Assembly (NCBI RefSeq): GCF_030684315.1 | Contig: NC_081362.1 | Span: 97,323,187 to 97,387,186, forward strand | Length of the DNA stretch: 64,000 bases | Direction of reading: 5' to 3' | Source of the DNA: Stegostoma tigrinum | Lineage: Eukaryota | In this document: positions 13,751 to 27,760 of the stretch, piece after piece | How the letters are laid out: the number at the start of each line of letters is the position of its first letter | Position numbering within the stretch: the first letter of the stretch is position 1 | The notes under the pieces: model-generated | The model's database searches: none | Seen by the model: the letters and a program-made list of their open reading frames with translations, nothing else | Told to the model about the DNA's origin: nothing | Program-made: the position numbers and the translations under genes

Positions 13751-13889
13751 CCCTTGACTGAGTCTAGCCCAGGAGAAGACAATGTCCACTGAAGAAGTTA
13801 GAAAAGCACGTGAATTGATTAAGATGTAGATGTGGTTCATCTCCACCATGCCTAATTAGGCAGACTCTGAGGCTCAGCAGAGAAATGAT

Positions 13890-14070
13890 GAGTGGCAGGT
13901 AGGCCTTGTTGTGACTCTGCTCCTGGGCCTAGCCAAAGTGTCCATCAACAGGTCCTGGCAGGGGACAATGGGGGCATTTAGTATGTCCACTGACACAACA
14001 GAGACCTTTAGTGACTGGTGGGCACTACAGCTAATGGGGTGCTTTATCTCCTGGATAATGTTATTTTGAT
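13890..14070 (+). mobile_element. Possible L1/Tx1-clade ORF2 C-terminal remnant
   Basis: One frame reads GLVVTLLLGLAKVSINRSWQ, resembling Tx1-type C-termini as recalled. Short and not verified. Confidence 0.4.
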
Positions 14071-14114
14071 AAGTTTCCATTGTCGTTCTTTCAGTTTATG
14101 TTAACTGTTTGAAA

Positions 14115-14530
14115 CTAAACACAGAAGCTGCTCTAAAAGCTCTGCAGGTCTGTCAGCGTCTGTGGAGAGAAATCAGAGTTAATGTTTTGGTCCAGTTACC
14201 CTTCCGTGGAACAGTCACTTAACCCGAAATGTTAAATCTGATATCTCTTCACAGGTGATGCCAGACCTGCTGAGCTTTTACAGTAACTTCTGGTTTTAGC
14301 ATCCACTGTTCTTATTAACTGTTTGAGAGATAATGGGAACTGCAGATGCTGGAGAATCCAAGATAACAAAGTGTGGAGCTGGATGAACACAGCAGGCCAA
14401 GCAGCATCTTAGGAGCACAAAAGCTGACATTTCGGGCCTAGACCCTTCTAGGCCCGAAACGTCAGCTTTTGTGCTCCCAAGATGCTGCTTGGCCTGCTGT
14501 GTTCATCCACCTCCACACTTTGTTATCTTA
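14115..14530. mobile_element. Two adjacent fold-back Penelope-type insertions (family B 14115-14310, family A 14328-14526)
   Basis: Both have inverted arms. Direct repeat CTTATTAACTGTTTGAG at 14311-14327 and 14527-14543. Confidence 0.75.
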
Positions 14531-15132
14531 TTAACTGTTTGAGTTTGTTTCTGTTTCATTCCCCATCCTGCCTCACCCTAGTCAATAGAGACTGCTGAAG
14601 CCAGTTTCGGAGAAGAGGAGATGTCAGCTGTCTGACTACAATCGAGATGCTGTGATTAACACCTGGAGAAGGTGGGACTTGAACCCAGGCCCAAGTCACT
14701 GCATTGATGGTGCAGCTAATGACATTGCTAACAGGGAGCCGGTGATTCTGACCTGGTGGAGGCTGATGGATGGCCAGAGATGGATGGAACACATTCCACT
14801 GCTGAAATGATTTGGAATGTTTCTATGAGATGTGCTCAGTGACAGTGACTTGAGTCATTTCCTCAGCCCTGGATCTTCAAAGTAAACCCCACTTTTCCAA
14901 AGTTCTGCTGATCCCTTGGAATCCCACTGGCTCAAAAGGCCGACTGGGCAAATCTGTCTAACCAGTTCTCAGTATGGCTGGTGTTGGAGTGGGAGCAGAC
15001 ACATGCAGGCAAATTCAGTGAATTTGTCCTGATTGTGGAATCTCTGTCTGGGAAAGGTCTCACCAAACTGAATCTGAGGTCTGTCGGAGAAGTTTCTTCA
15101 TTGGAGCAGAAATACTTCACGGCAGCACAGAC

Positions 15133-15420
15133 GGCAGCACAGTGGCTCAGTGGTTAGCACTGCAGCCTCACAGCACCAGGGGCTCAGGTTCGCAATCCAG
15201 CCTCAGGTGACTGTCTGTGTGGAGTTTGCACATTCTCCCCGTGTCTGCGTGGGTTACCTCCAGATGCTCTAGTTTCCTCCCACAGTCCAAAGATGCGCAG
15301 GCTAGGCGGATGGGCCATGTTAAGCTGCTCGTAGTGTTCAGGGTCTGGGTGGGATGCTCTGAGGGTCAGTGTGGACTTGTTGGGCCAAAGGGCCTGTTTC
15401 CACACTGTAGGGGTTCTATG
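15133..15420 (+). mobile_element. tRNA-derived V-SINE (HE1-like)
   Basis: A-box tggctcagtggttag, V-domain tgtgtggagtttgcacattctccccgtgtctgcgtggg and a CR1-like tail. Confidence 0.85.
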
Positions 15421-15639
15421 AGCATGTGCTAGTGAACACTCAGCAAAGGATTTTTCCCCCTTTGACTGCTACTGTCTCATTACTCAGTTATTGTTTTAAA
15501 CACAACGGAGCAGATTGGAAATCGATAATAACAACAGTAGGATCATTCGGCATCATTGTACCTGAGAAGACTGAGCGGTGATAATCATGGTTTCAGTTCA
15601 TGTTTACTCCATTATAAACACATTAAAGGGAAAAGGTTA

Positions 15640-17445
15640 CCTAGGGGAAGCGTCAGGCCCATTGGGGAAGCCACTGGATATTGAAAGGACATTAAATGAA
15701 TATCTCTCTTTAGCCTTCACTCTGGAAAAGACTGTAGGCATAGGATTCATGGAAAGGGACTGTGACAAACTTACACAGTTTGACATCAGAAATGGGGGGG
15801 TATTAGAGGCTTGGTCAGGAATCAAAAAAGACAAATCGCCTGGCCTGGATGAATTACATCCCAGGCAGTTGTGGGAGGCGAAGCAGAAAATCACAGGGGT
15901 TCTGACACAAATTTTTAATTCTTGCCTCACCACATGGGAAGTGCCAGAGGGCTGGAGGACACCTAATGTAGTTTCACTTTTCAAGTAGGGTGTTAGAGAT
16001 GAACTAGGAAATTACAGTTCAGTGTGTATCATGTCAGAAATTTCTGGAGAAACTCAGCAGGTCTGATAGCACCTATGAAAAGAAATCAGAGTTAAGTTCT
16101 GAGGAAGGGTCACTGGACCCAAAATGTTAACTGGTTTCTCACCATAGATGTTGCCAGATCTGCTGAGCTTTTCCAGCAATCTCTGGTGTTGTTTCCATTT
16201 TACAACATCTCCAGTTTTTTTTCAGTTTATGGGTCGACTAGGGATAGTTAGCATGGCTTTGTCAGAAGGAGGTCATGCCTCACAAATTTGTTAGAATTTT
16301 TTGAAAATGTGATCAAGTGTGTGAATGAGGAAAGTTCAGCTGATGCAGTTTATATGAATTTTAGCAAAGGTTTTGACAAGGTCCCACATGGGAGACTGAT
16401 TGAAAAGGCTGAAGAACATGGAATTGAGGGAAGCTTGGCAAGATCAATTTGAAACTGACTTAGTGATAGAACAAAGTCTGAAGTCACATGACACCAGGTT
16501 ATAGTCCAACAGGTCTATTTGAAATCACAAGATTTCAGAGCACTGAAGCAACTTCACCTGACAAAGGAGCAGCGTTCTGAAAGCTTGTAATTTTAAATAA
16601 ACCTGCTGGACTATAATCTGGTGTTGTGTGATTTCTGACTTTGTCCACCTCAGTCCAACACCGAACCCCCCACATCATTAGTAACACAACACAAAGGGTA
16701 GTGGTAGAAAGCTGTTTGAGTGACAGGAGGCCAGTGTCCAGGGCAGTACCAAAAGGATCTGTACAGGGACCTACTAATGATTTCAATGAAAATGTAGAGG
16801 AATATTAAGCACATTTGCAGACAATCCCAAGATTGGTAGGGTGGTTTTAAATCACCTTCTTCACTGCTGACTATACCACCAATTTCGGTGTCATCTTCAA
16901 ACTTAGTAAGCATGCCTCCTAAATTCTCATCTAAATCATTTATATAAATGACAAACAACAGTGGATCCAGTACCAATCTCTGGGAAACACTGGTGATTAC
17001 AAGCCTCCAGCCTGAATAACAATCTTCCATTACCACCCTCTGTCTGCTACATAAAGCAAATTTTGTATCTAATTGGCTAGCTCACCCTGAATCCCATGTG
17101 ATCTAATTTTACTAATTAGTCTACATGCAGAACTTTGTCAAAGGCTTTGAAAAAAATCATGTAGACAACATCCACCGCTCTGCCCTCATCAATCTTTTTG
17201 GTTTTGTTAGGTTAGTGAGATAGATTTCCTACACACAATGCCATGCTTACCGTCTCTAATCAGTCCTTGCCTCTCCAAATGTGTGTAAATACTATGTCTT
17301 CATAGCCCCTCCAACAACTTACCCACTGCTGATGTCAAATTCACAGGTCTATAGTTCCAGGGTTCTCCTTCCAGCCTTCTTTACATAAAGACACAACATT
17401 AGCCACCTGTCAGTCCTCTGGCACCTCACTCATGGCTGTAGATGA
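15640..17445. mobile_element. Old CR1 RT fragments (+ strand to ~16850, then - strand), interrupted by fold-back elements at ~16040-16225 and ~16470-16680
   Basis: DKSPGLDELHPR...PEGWRTPNVV on +, and PLLFVIYINDLDE...KFEDDT on -. Confidence 0.75.
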
Positions 17446-18846
17446 TATTTACAGCACATGGGCTGCAGCAGTTTAAGAAGGTAGCTTCTCCAGGGTAACT
17501 AGTAATGGACAACAAATGCTGGCCCAGCCAGTGAGACCCACATCCCACAAATGAATAAGAAAAATAGAATCTCCTCTGTACCTCTGCAATCACGTCCTTC
17601 CGATAGTGTGGGGTCTAGAACTACACATAGTCTTCTAGCTGTGGCCTAACCAATGTTTTATAAAGTTGTAACAAGACTTCCTTGCTCCTGTGTTCTATCC
17701 CCAGCTAAGCTTCTGAATTTTGTTTTAACAAATTTATATGAACAACCATGTAGCAGAGTGTGTGTTTCAGGAATGGAAGCTGGACAGGACAAAAAGTGCA
17801 GGGCCCAAAATAAATCCAGAACCACAATGGTGGAAATATTATTCACTTAATTACATGTGAGATCTAAAGCTAGACCATGAAACTACTATTGGTTCTTCCA
17901 AAACTCATCTGGGTCACTAATGTTCTTTAGGACAGAAAATCACCATGCTGACACAGCCTAGCTGTGATTCCAGACCCACAATGAGGTGGCTGATTCTTAA
18001 CTGCCCTCTGAAACAGCCCTAGTGAATCACACCATTCATCAGTAACCAGGGATCGAGGACAAATGCTGGTCTTACCAGTGACACCCACATTCCACAATAG
18101 AAAGAGGAATTGAGAAACATACTGCAGGGGATCAAAGAGGCAGCCCGATGGAACTGGGCAGACACCAGAAACAGAAGCTGTGGGCAAGGGTAGGGGTCTT
18201 GGCCCAGGGAGGTCGCCACATTCTGCCATTGTCTCATCAGCTGAATGGGCCAGGGTATGGGTTTGACCTAAAATGGCAATTTGGATGACAATCCTGCCAT
18301 TGGGTCGCTAAGTTCCATCTGATTCTGTCTGGCAGACAATGATTCAGATTCGCACTGGTCAGGTCTTTCAGAATGCAGCAGTCTCAATGCTAGAGGTATG
18401 GGATGTGAAATACACTGCTGTTACACTTGGAGAGATCAGGAATCTGGTGCATGCCCTTTACAACTAACAAAGGGAGTAATTATTGCAACAGCAACTCCCT
18501 ATCCAGCCCTTCACATCAACAATGTCAAGGTGCACGTCGTGGTCTCTCCAATGTCTCAATGGGTCTGCTTGATTTTCAGGAGTTCCTCAGGCTGTTGAGA
18601 ATAGCCCAGTTTGTCCAAGAGTGACACCACTTCTCTTTGACATGGAACCCTGTATTTAAATATCAGCCAAAGCTCAGAGCCAGCTGTGGGGAACAGTATC
18701 TGCCTGTGTCCGTACACTATTGTATCAACTCCTCCTGTGCATGCAGCCCAGGAACTGGTTCTGTTTGTTTGTAATATTTTGTTTTGTACTTTTTGTCCTG
18801 TCCAGCTGCTTTTTCTGATACACAGACTCTGCTACATGGTTGTTAA

Positions 18847-18852
18847 TATAAA
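18847..18852 (+). promoter_or_regulatory. Candidate TATA box for the Ig-superfamily gene
   Basis: TATAAA about 60 bp upstream of the leader ATG (context ctgaaATG, A at -3). Motif and position only. Confidence 0.4.
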
Positions 18853-18909
18853 TTCATTGCCCCCTCTATGAAAGTCTGGAAGCTAGACTGACAGGATCTT
18901 TACTCTGAA

Positions 18910-18961
18910 ATGATGTGTAGAGTGCTCCTGGTTATGATGTTCTCTCTCTGTGTCGCTATTG
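18910..18961 (+). CDS. Exon 1: signal peptide
   Basis: MMCRVLLVMMFSLCVAI, then G|GTGAGT, a consensus phase-1 donor as in IgSF leader exons. Joins the V1 exon in frame (G+AA = Glu). Confidence 0.75.
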
Positions 18962-21569
18962 GTGAGTATGTGCCTCAGTTTAGTGACTGTGTCCAGATCA
19001 TTAACAATGTGAGCTCGCAGTTTCACCCAAAACTGTGTAGTAAAGAATCAAAATCATTCCCAAGTTTTAATTTGAGAATTAAAAAGCTGGAAACATTTAG
19101 CAGGCTGGGCAGCCTCTGAGAGAATGTTCCAAGTGAATGGCTTGTTATCAGAACTTGTAAAGAAGTTATAAACCAGAAACATTAACTCTGTTTCTTCCTG
19201 CACAGATGAAGCCAAATCTGTTGAGTTTCTCCAGGGTTCTCTGTGTTTATTTCAGACTTCCAGCATCCGCAATATTTTGCCTGATGTATTAATTTCAGGA
19301 ACAAAAACAGAAGTTGCTGGAAAAGCTCAGCAGGTCTGGCAGCATCTGTGAAGAGAAATCAGAGTTAATGTTTCAGGTTCAGTCACCCTTCCTCAGGACT
19401 GATGGTAGCTGGGTAAATGTTGATTATATGCAGACGACAGGGTGAGGGCAAGGAATAAAGAGTACACAACAGGTGGGGATAGAGCCCAAAGAGAGAGAAG
19501 AGTTGGACAGACAAAGGGATGGAAAACGGTCAGCCTGAGAGAATGAATAGCTACTAATAGGGACAATTAGTAGCATCAGAGGAGCAGGAAGGCCAACGTT
19601 TTGGGCCTAGACCCTTCTTTCTAGGCCCGAAACGTCAGCTTTTGTGCTCCTCTGATGCTGCCTGGCCTGCTGTGTTCATCCAGCTCCACACTTTGTTACC
19701 CCAGATTTTCCAGCATCTGCTGTTCCTACTATCTCTGAGCCAGGTATTTATTGCCCCATCCCTAGTTGCCTCTTGAGAAAGTGGTGGTGACCTGCCCTCT
19801 TGAACTGCTGCAGTCCATGTGCTGTAGGACAATGTACTTAGGGAGAGAATTCCAGGATTTTGACCCAGTGACAGTGAAGGAACGGTGATATATTTTCAAG
19901 AGAAAAAGCAGAAGTTAATGAAAAAGCTCAACAAGTCTGGCAGCATCTGTGAAGAAAAAGATTAGAGATAATGTTCAGGTCCGGTGATCCTTCCTCAGAA
20001 CTAAGGGGTTTCTGAGGAAGGGTCACTGGACCTGAAACATTAACTCTTTTCTTCACAGGTGTTGCCAGACCTGCTGAGCTTTCCCAGCAACTTCGGCTTT
20101 TGTTCCTGATTATCAGCATCCGCAGTTCTTTCAGATATTATTTGAATATAGTTTCAAGTCAGGATGGTGAGTGGATAAGTATAACACAGGAATTTACAAT
20201 TTTTATGACAAGAGGAGCTAGTTTTAATTACGTTGTCAAAAATATAACACTTAAGATTTGCAATAGTGTTTCACAATCATCAAAAGTAGCTAAAAGCGGA
20301 ACAGGGTGATGTTCCTGGATATCAATGCAACCACTTCCACCTGACAGCTGAAAGATTTCCACTGCATGTTGTTAATTGAATGATGTTTTCTCACAACAAG
20401 CTGTTTAATTCCACGACAATTCCATCCTGCAAGCAAAACAGACCCCATGTTTTCCTGTGCTTCTTGTAACTGGGTTTGTCTGGAGAGTTGGTCAATATCT
20501 GAACAGGACGAAGTTATTGTCGTTTTTCAGCAGAGTTGTGACTTGCATCATTTAAACATTACTCTCCACTGTGTTTGTTTTTGTAAAATTCCACATTTGT
20601 TGTCACTGGGATTAAGATTCCCAACCTGTTGTCTCATGGATTCTGTCGCCACTTGCACTGTGTGCTCCCACATGGTTATCTCAGATAAAGGCATATCTTC
20701 AATGTTTGGAATAAGTTTATTTTTGTTTTTCAAATCATTATCCTGGAGGTCTGATGGACCTCTTGTTTACACCTTCACCAAAAGTGAACTGCTCTACCCC
20801 TTTTCTGAAATAAAACAAAGAACTGCGGATGCTGGAGATCTGAAACAAAAACAGAAATTGCTGGAGAAACTCAACAGGTCTGCATCTGTGGGATGAATGC
20901 AGAATTAACAGTTCAAGTCGGGTGAATGTTCATCAGCAGCTGAGAAAATGTAACATTTGTGCTGAAGACAAAGCTGGGGGAGGGGATTGGGAAGGCAGAG
21001 ATGAGCAGATCAGTGGGGATGGAGCCCAGAGAGAGAGAGAGAAAGAAGTGGATAAGCAAGGTAATGGCTAGCAAGTCAGGACAGAATAAATGCTGAATAA
21101 GTGATAATAATAGCTAAGAGTAGGTGAGGATGGGTGAGTTGTACTGTGATAATGGCTCTAGGAGTACGTGGGAGTGTGTGACTGGGGTAAAAGCAACCCA
21201 CATCAGCATAATAGAATTGAGTGTGTGGGGGCTGGCTAAAAAAAAAGGAAAGATGGAATCAGGCTCTAAGTTTATCAAAGCTCAATGTTGAGTCCCAGAG
21301 ACTGCAGGATCCCTTAAGCAGAAAATGAGAGTTTCAGTCACTCAAACAAGGGATGAGTTTTATGAGGAGGTCGCCCACTGAGCGAAGGGCTCACAAAGTG
21401 TCTGTACCTCAGTCTTGGCAGTTCCATCAGTTACTTGCTTCCAACAGAATGAGCTGCAGCAGAGCTCCCGCCCTTGCTGCTGGGGGAAATGTCTTTCAGT
21501 GTTTGACTTCTTATTGTTGGTGAATTTTTCACTGCAAATGGGACCGGAGAAAATCCCCTGCCCACTCTC

Positions 21570-22110
21570 TCAGATTTAAAATTAACAACTGATCCAGCAT
21601 CCACTGCCATTTGTGGAAGAGAGTTCCAACACTATCCCACTGTCTGTGAGTCGAAGTGCTTCCTAACATCACTCCTGAACAGTCTGGCCCTAATTCTCAG
21701 ACTATGCCCTTAGTTCTAGAATCCCCAACCAGTGGAAATAGCTCTTCATCTATGCTATCTTTTCCTGTTAACATGTTGCAGACATTGATCATATCACCCC
21801 TTAATCTTCTAAATTCTGGATAATTTGTACAAACTCTCCTCATACTTTAACCCCTGGAGCCCAAGTATCATTCCTGTAAACGTACAATATAATTCCAAGG
21901 CCAATAAATCATTCCAAAGGTGTGGTGCTAGACCTGCTCGCAGGACTTCAAGTGAGGTCTAACTAGGGCTTTGTGTAACTGCAGCTTAACTCCTGCATCC
22001 TTATACTCCGGTCCTCTTGATATGAAGGCCAGCATTCCATTAGCCTTCTTGATTATTTTCTGCTCCTGTTTGTGACATTTTACACATCCATGCCCCCGAA
22101 GCCCCAAGTC
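21570..22110 (-). mobile_element. Old CR1 3' fragment
   Basis: KKANGMLAFISRG...ALVRPHL. Confidence 0.7.
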
Positions 22111-23825
22111 TTCTCCAGTGCCCATTGGTTACATCAGTCTCCTCTTGCTGGCTCCTCCCCAACGTCTCCAATCCTCTTATTCACTCTCCCCAAAAGCCTT
22201 AGGATCTCTGATATCTCACAAAATAAAACATTTTGAGATCAGCCATGATTACATTAAATGGCAGGAAAGGTTCGAGAGGTTGAATTGCCTACTCCAGTCT
22301 TGAGTTATTATGTTCTTAGTGTCGAGGCCATTCCCCATGCTTTCCTCCCTCGGAAGCTGCCTGCAGTCCCAGCGACAACCACTACTTGCTCCTGGCGCTG
22401 CTGGATGTAAGAAGCCTGCAGCCAATCAGATTGGGCAGCAGGCCTCAAGGTGAGGATTTCCTGAGATAACAAGGTGTACAGCTGGATGAATATAGCAGGC
22501 CAAGCAGCATCTTAGGAGCAGGAAAGCTGATGTTTCGGGCCTAGACCCTTCCTGAGTTGAGGGGTGGGGTTTCCATTCTCACATCTTTAAGACCCTCCTC
22601 CCAACCCTCTGTCCCAGTACATCACCACTGTAGGAAGACAGATTTAATATCCGTGAGGTGGTGGGGTATAGGAGAAGCTCATGTGCTCCCACCCATAAAA
22701 TTTACCTCATTGCCTTTATGTTACTTTTGTGCCTTTATGTGAGGTTTGGCGATCAGAGCACTCTGGTGTACCCCAAATGTGGCCCAATGAGGTCTCTGTA
22801 TGAGGTCAATGTAATTTTCATGCTCATTTTCAGAAATAAGCATCAGCTTTTGCTTTCTATCTCTAATATTTTTAAGGACTATGCAGGCCACAAGTTGTTT
22901 GGATGATCTAAAGGAAACAGAGTTATGGGCCATTGGAAGCAAAACACAGACTGTAGAATTGTTAGAGCTTTGAATTATCAATGACCCTGCTGACCTCCAG
23001 CGTCAAGTATACTGAAGGAGTTGGGATAGTGCAGAACGTTTTCAAAGGATACAGATCTGTTGGAAAGTTGGGCAGAGAAATGGCAGATGGATTCCTAGCT
23101 GCCATGCTAGAGGAAGGATGTGCATGCCTTAGAAAAGATGTAAAACAGGTTTACCAGGATGTTGCCTGGATTACAGTGTATTAGCCAGAACAAGAGGTAG
23201 GTTAAACTTGGATTGTTTTTGCTAGTGTCGGGGGCTGAGGGGCCACCTAATAGAAGTTTATAAAATTTTGAGAAGTACAAATATGTTGGATAGTCAAGAG
23301 TCTTTTTCTCCGGGTGGAAACATCATATACTCTCCATTTCCCTTTTATCTAACTAGTTTTTTCCACTCATGATACTGTTTACTCTTCTTTGCAGAAAATA
23401 AGTTTTCCACACTTGGAATTATCTAGCAAATTTATTTAACTTTATTGCATTCTTCATACCCTTAAACATCTCTTTATATCTCAACTGACATTTAGTGCTT
23501 GCTTCTGCAAGCAATAATTTTTGTACTTCCCACTTAAAGCCTGTTCCCACTTGTACTGCATTCTGAAAGATTTGGCCAAGTCAAAAACAATAGCATAAAT
23601 CCTTCTTTTCTCATCTTGAAAGCACGGTGTGATATGACTTTAAGAACTTTCTTTATAATTTCCAATCTCTGGACTTATTGTGGGAATTATGTTAAGGATG
23701 AAAATCAATCTTTTAACAGTAGTTATCTGTCAGATTATTATTTGTAATGTTGAAAGATTCCTATGTTATTGTTGCAACAAAGATTTGTTAGTCTGGTAAC
23801 AAAACCTGCTAATGGTTCGTGTGTG

Positions 23826-24058
23826 AGAGATATTGGGAATTGCAGATGCTGGAGAATTTGCGATAACAAGGTGTAGAGCTGGATGAACACAGCAGGTCAT
23901 GCAGCAGATTAGGAGCAGGAAAGCTGACATTTCAGGCCTAGACCCTTCGTCAGAAATGGGCCATTTCTGATGAAGGGCCGAGGCCCGAAACGTAAGCTTT
24001 CCTGCTCCGGAGTTGCAGCTTGGCCTGCTGCGTTCATCCAGCTCTACACCTTGTTATC
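23826..24058. mobile_element. Fold-back Penelope-type insertion (family A) with a hammerhead core at 23967-23994 (+)
   Basis: Inverted arms around aaatgggccattt. CTGATGA-A-GGGCCGAGGCCC-GAAAC-GTA. Confidence 0.75.
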
Positions 24059-24792
24059 AATGATTTATGTGTGGGTTGGTTTTATAATAAAAGGCTCTAT
24101 TATAATGACTGATTTATTTTTCACTTTATATTAGCTGACATAGAAATATTACAACCTGGTCAATAGGCTCTGAATAGCTCTGACATTACTCTTTGATGTC
24201 AGAGAGCAGGGTAGGGGAGTCCAAAACTGAAGGGCATAGGTTTCAGGTGAGAGTGGAAAGCTCTAAAAGGGACCAAAGGAGCAGTTTTTTTTCACACAGA
24301 GAGTGGTGCATGTATGGAATGAGCTGCCAGAGGAGGTGGTGGAGGCTGGTATGATTACAATACTTAAAAGGTATCTTTGAGGGATATAGGCCAAATGCTA
24401 GCCGATGGGGCTAGATTTATTTAGGTTGGCATGGACCAATTGGCATTAACATTCCGAGAGGGTGGCTGTGGGTCAGCTGATTACTCCTCACGCCGGTTCT
24501 ATGCTGCTGACCTGGACTGTTCACATTTCCTTCACAGCTGCACAGTCTCCGCACATCCCTCACATCCCCTGGGCCTGTCTCGGATGACTGAAGGCAGTTC
24601 TGTGGGAGAAATGGTCTCAATCTGTCTAACACCAACTGCTGTTTGCTGACCATGAACTTACTCCGAATTTACCCCAAAAATTCCAACAAACGATCAGCTG
24701 GAAATTTCAGCTCTGAGTGTCTGATTTATTCCTCATATTTGGTATCTCTTTATTTCTATAAAATTTTCTTATCAATACTCTGGGAAGTTGAA

Positions 24793-26731
24793 TCAGAGTT
24801 TTGTACAGCTTCACCATAACCTCTTGGTTCCGGAACTCGATCCCTCTATTAATAAAAGCTAAAACACTGTATGCCTTCTTAACAGCCCTGTCAACCTGGG
24901 TGGCAACTTTCAAAGATCTGTGTACATGGACACCGAGATCTCTCTGCTCATCTACACTGCTAAGAATCTTACCATTAGCCCAGTACTTTGCATTCCGGTT
25001 ACTCCTACCAAAGTGCATCACCTCACACTTGTCTGCATTAAACTCCATTTGCCACCTCTCAGCCCAGCTCTGCAGCTCATCCATGTCTCTCTGCAACCTA
25101 CAGCATCCTTCGTCACTATCCACAACTCCACCGACCTTAGTGTCATCTGCAAATTTACTAATCCATCCTTCTACGCCCTCATCCAGGTCGTTTATAAAAA
25201 TGACAAACAGCAGTGGACCCAACACCGACCCTTGCGGTACACCACTAGTAACTGGTCTCCAGGATGAACATTTCCCATCAACTACCACCCTCTGTCTTCT
25301 TTCAGCAAGCCAATTTCCGATCCAAACTGTTATATCTCCCACAATTCCATTCCTCCGCATTTTGTACAATAGCCTATTGTGGGGAGCCTTATCGAACACC
25401 TTGCTGAAATCCATATACACCACATCAACCGGTTTACACTCATCTACCTGTTTGGTCACCTTCTCAAAGAACTCAATAAGGTTTGTGAGGCACGGCCTTC
25501 CCTTCACAAAACCGTGCTGACTATCCCTAATCAATTTATTCTTTTCTAGATGATTATAAATCCTATCCCTTATAACCTTTTCAACGTCATCTGGCACTAT
25601 TCCTGTAGACAATGACGAGTTAAAGATCAATGCCAAAGGCTTGGCAATCTCCTCCCTGGCTTCCCAGAGGATCCAAGGATAAATCCCATCCAGCCCAGGG
25701 GACTTATCTATCTTCACCCTCTGTAGGATTTCTAATACCTCTTCCTTGTGAACCTTAATCCCACCTTGTCTAGTAGCCTGTATCTCAGTATTCTCCTCGA
25801 CAACATTGTCATTTTCTAGAGTGAATAACTGTTGAAAAATATTCATTTAGCGCATCCCCTATCTCATCTGACTCCACAAACAACTTCCCACTACTATCCT
25901 TGATTGGGCCTAATCTTACTTTCGTCATTCTTTTATTCCTTAAATACCTATAGAAAGCCTTAGGGTTTACCCTGATCCTATCCGCCAACAACTTCTCATG
26001 TCTCCTCCTGGCTCTTCTGAGCTCTCTCTTTAGGTCTTTCCTGGCTACCTCGTAGCCCTCAAGTGCCCTAACTGAGCCTTCACATCTCATCCTAACATAA
26101 GCCTTCTTCTTCCTCTTGACCAGAGATTCCACCTCCTTCGTAAACCACGGCTCCCGCACTCTGCAGCTTCCTCCCTGCCTGACAGGTACATACTTATCTA
26201 GGACACACAGGAGCTTTTCCTTGAATAAGCTCCACATTTCTAATGTGCCCATCCCCTGCAGTTTCCTTCCCCATCCTATGCTCCCTAAATCTTGCCTAAT
26301 CTCATCGTAATTGCCTTTCCTCCAGCTATAACTCTTGCCCAGTGGTATACACCTATCCCTTTCCATCACTAAAGTAAACATAACAGAATTGTGATCGCTA
26401 TCACCAAAGTGCTCACCTACTTCCAAATCTATCACCTGGCCGGGCTCATTACCCAGTACCAAATCTAATGTGGCTTTGCCCCTTGTTGGCCTGTCTACGT
26501 ACTGTGTCAGGAAGCCCTCCTGCACACACTGGACAAAAACTGACCCATCTATAGTACTCGAACTATAGTGTTCCCAGTCAATATTTGGAAAGTTGAAGTC
26601 CCCCATGACAACTACCCTGTCTCTCTCACTCCTACAGAGAATCATCTTTGCTGTCCTTTCATCTACATATCTGGCACTATTCAGAGGCCTATAAAAAACT
26701 CCCAACAGGGTGACCTCTCCTTTCCTGTTTC
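24793..26731 (-). mobile_element. CR1 LINE internal segment (EN-RT), same young subfamily as 4523-7535, truncated at both ends
   Basis: The ORFs at 25809-26705 and 24707-25846 are near-identical to the first copy. [10 protein letters not shown] and KFADD are intact. An internal deletion removes the NYRPVSLTS region. Confidence 0.95.
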
Positions 26732-27458
26732 TAAATATGAAGGAATCAATGGCAGGACAGATTCAGAACGCAGTTAAGGAGAATTCAGGATCCTGGGCTT
26801 TATTAACAGGGCGAGAGAAAACAAAAGCAATGAATTTAGTTCAGCCTATATCAAGCACTAGTGGAGCACTGTGTCCAGTTTTGGGCCGTACATTTTTAAA
26901 GAATGTGAGGGCTTTAGAGAAGGTGCAGCAAGGATTGATGAGAATAGTGAGGAACTTCAGTGAGGTGGAGAGATTGGAGAAGCTCTGACTATTCTTCATG
27001 GAGAAGAGAAGACGGACAGGACAACTGATCAAGATGATCAAAATCATGAGGAATCTGGGCAGATTAACAGGGAAAAACATCTCATTGGTGGAAGGATCAA
27101 GGGCCAGAGGTTGAAGGTTTAGGGTGATTGGCCAAAGAAGCAATTGTAATAAGAGAAAAACATTTTCACCCAGTGAGTATTTAGGGTGTGGAATGCACAG
27201 CCTGGAAATGTTGTGGAGGCAGGTTCAGTTGAGGAATTCGAGGGGGCCTTAGATGATTCGCTGGAGAAAAACAATATTGTAGCCCCTCGGGCAAAAGGCA
27301 AGGAAGTTGTCATGCTAGTACAGACATGTTGGCTTGAATAGCCTCCCTTCTTCTGTTCTGGAGCCAATCTATGATTAAGATTAGAGGAACATGCAGCTCG
27401 TCAATCCTGCTGTACCATGCCAGATCATAGCTGATCATCCACTTTAACTCTACCTTCG

Positions 27459-27760
27459 GGGCAACACAGTGGCTCAGTGGTTAGCACCTGCTGCCACACA
27501 GCACCAGGGACCCGGGTTCGATTTTCCTTCAGGCAACTGTCTGTGTGGAGTTTTCACATTCTCCCCGTGTCTGTGTGGATTTCCTCTGGTTTCCTCCCAC
27601 AGTCCAAAGATGTGCAGGCTAGGTGGATTGGCCATGCTAAATTGCCCGTAGTGTTCAGGGATGTGCAGATTAGGGGATGGGTCTGGGTGGGATGCTCTGA
27701 GATTTGATGTGGACTTGTTGGGCCAAAGGGCCTGTTTCCACGCTGTAGGGATTCCATGAT
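27459..27760 (+). mobile_element. tRNA-derived V-SINE (HE1-like)
   Basis: Colinear with 15133-15420. Confidence 0.85.

Noticed and set aside
15133-15210. tRNA gene (also 27459 and 31700 regions)
   Set aside because: The tRNA-like heads continue into SINE body and tail, so they are SINE promoters.
20340-20810. Possible extra exon or gene in intron 1 (149-aa and 61-aa ORFs)
   Set aside because: No recognisable domain or convincing splice pair, and the longer ORF runs into a repeat.
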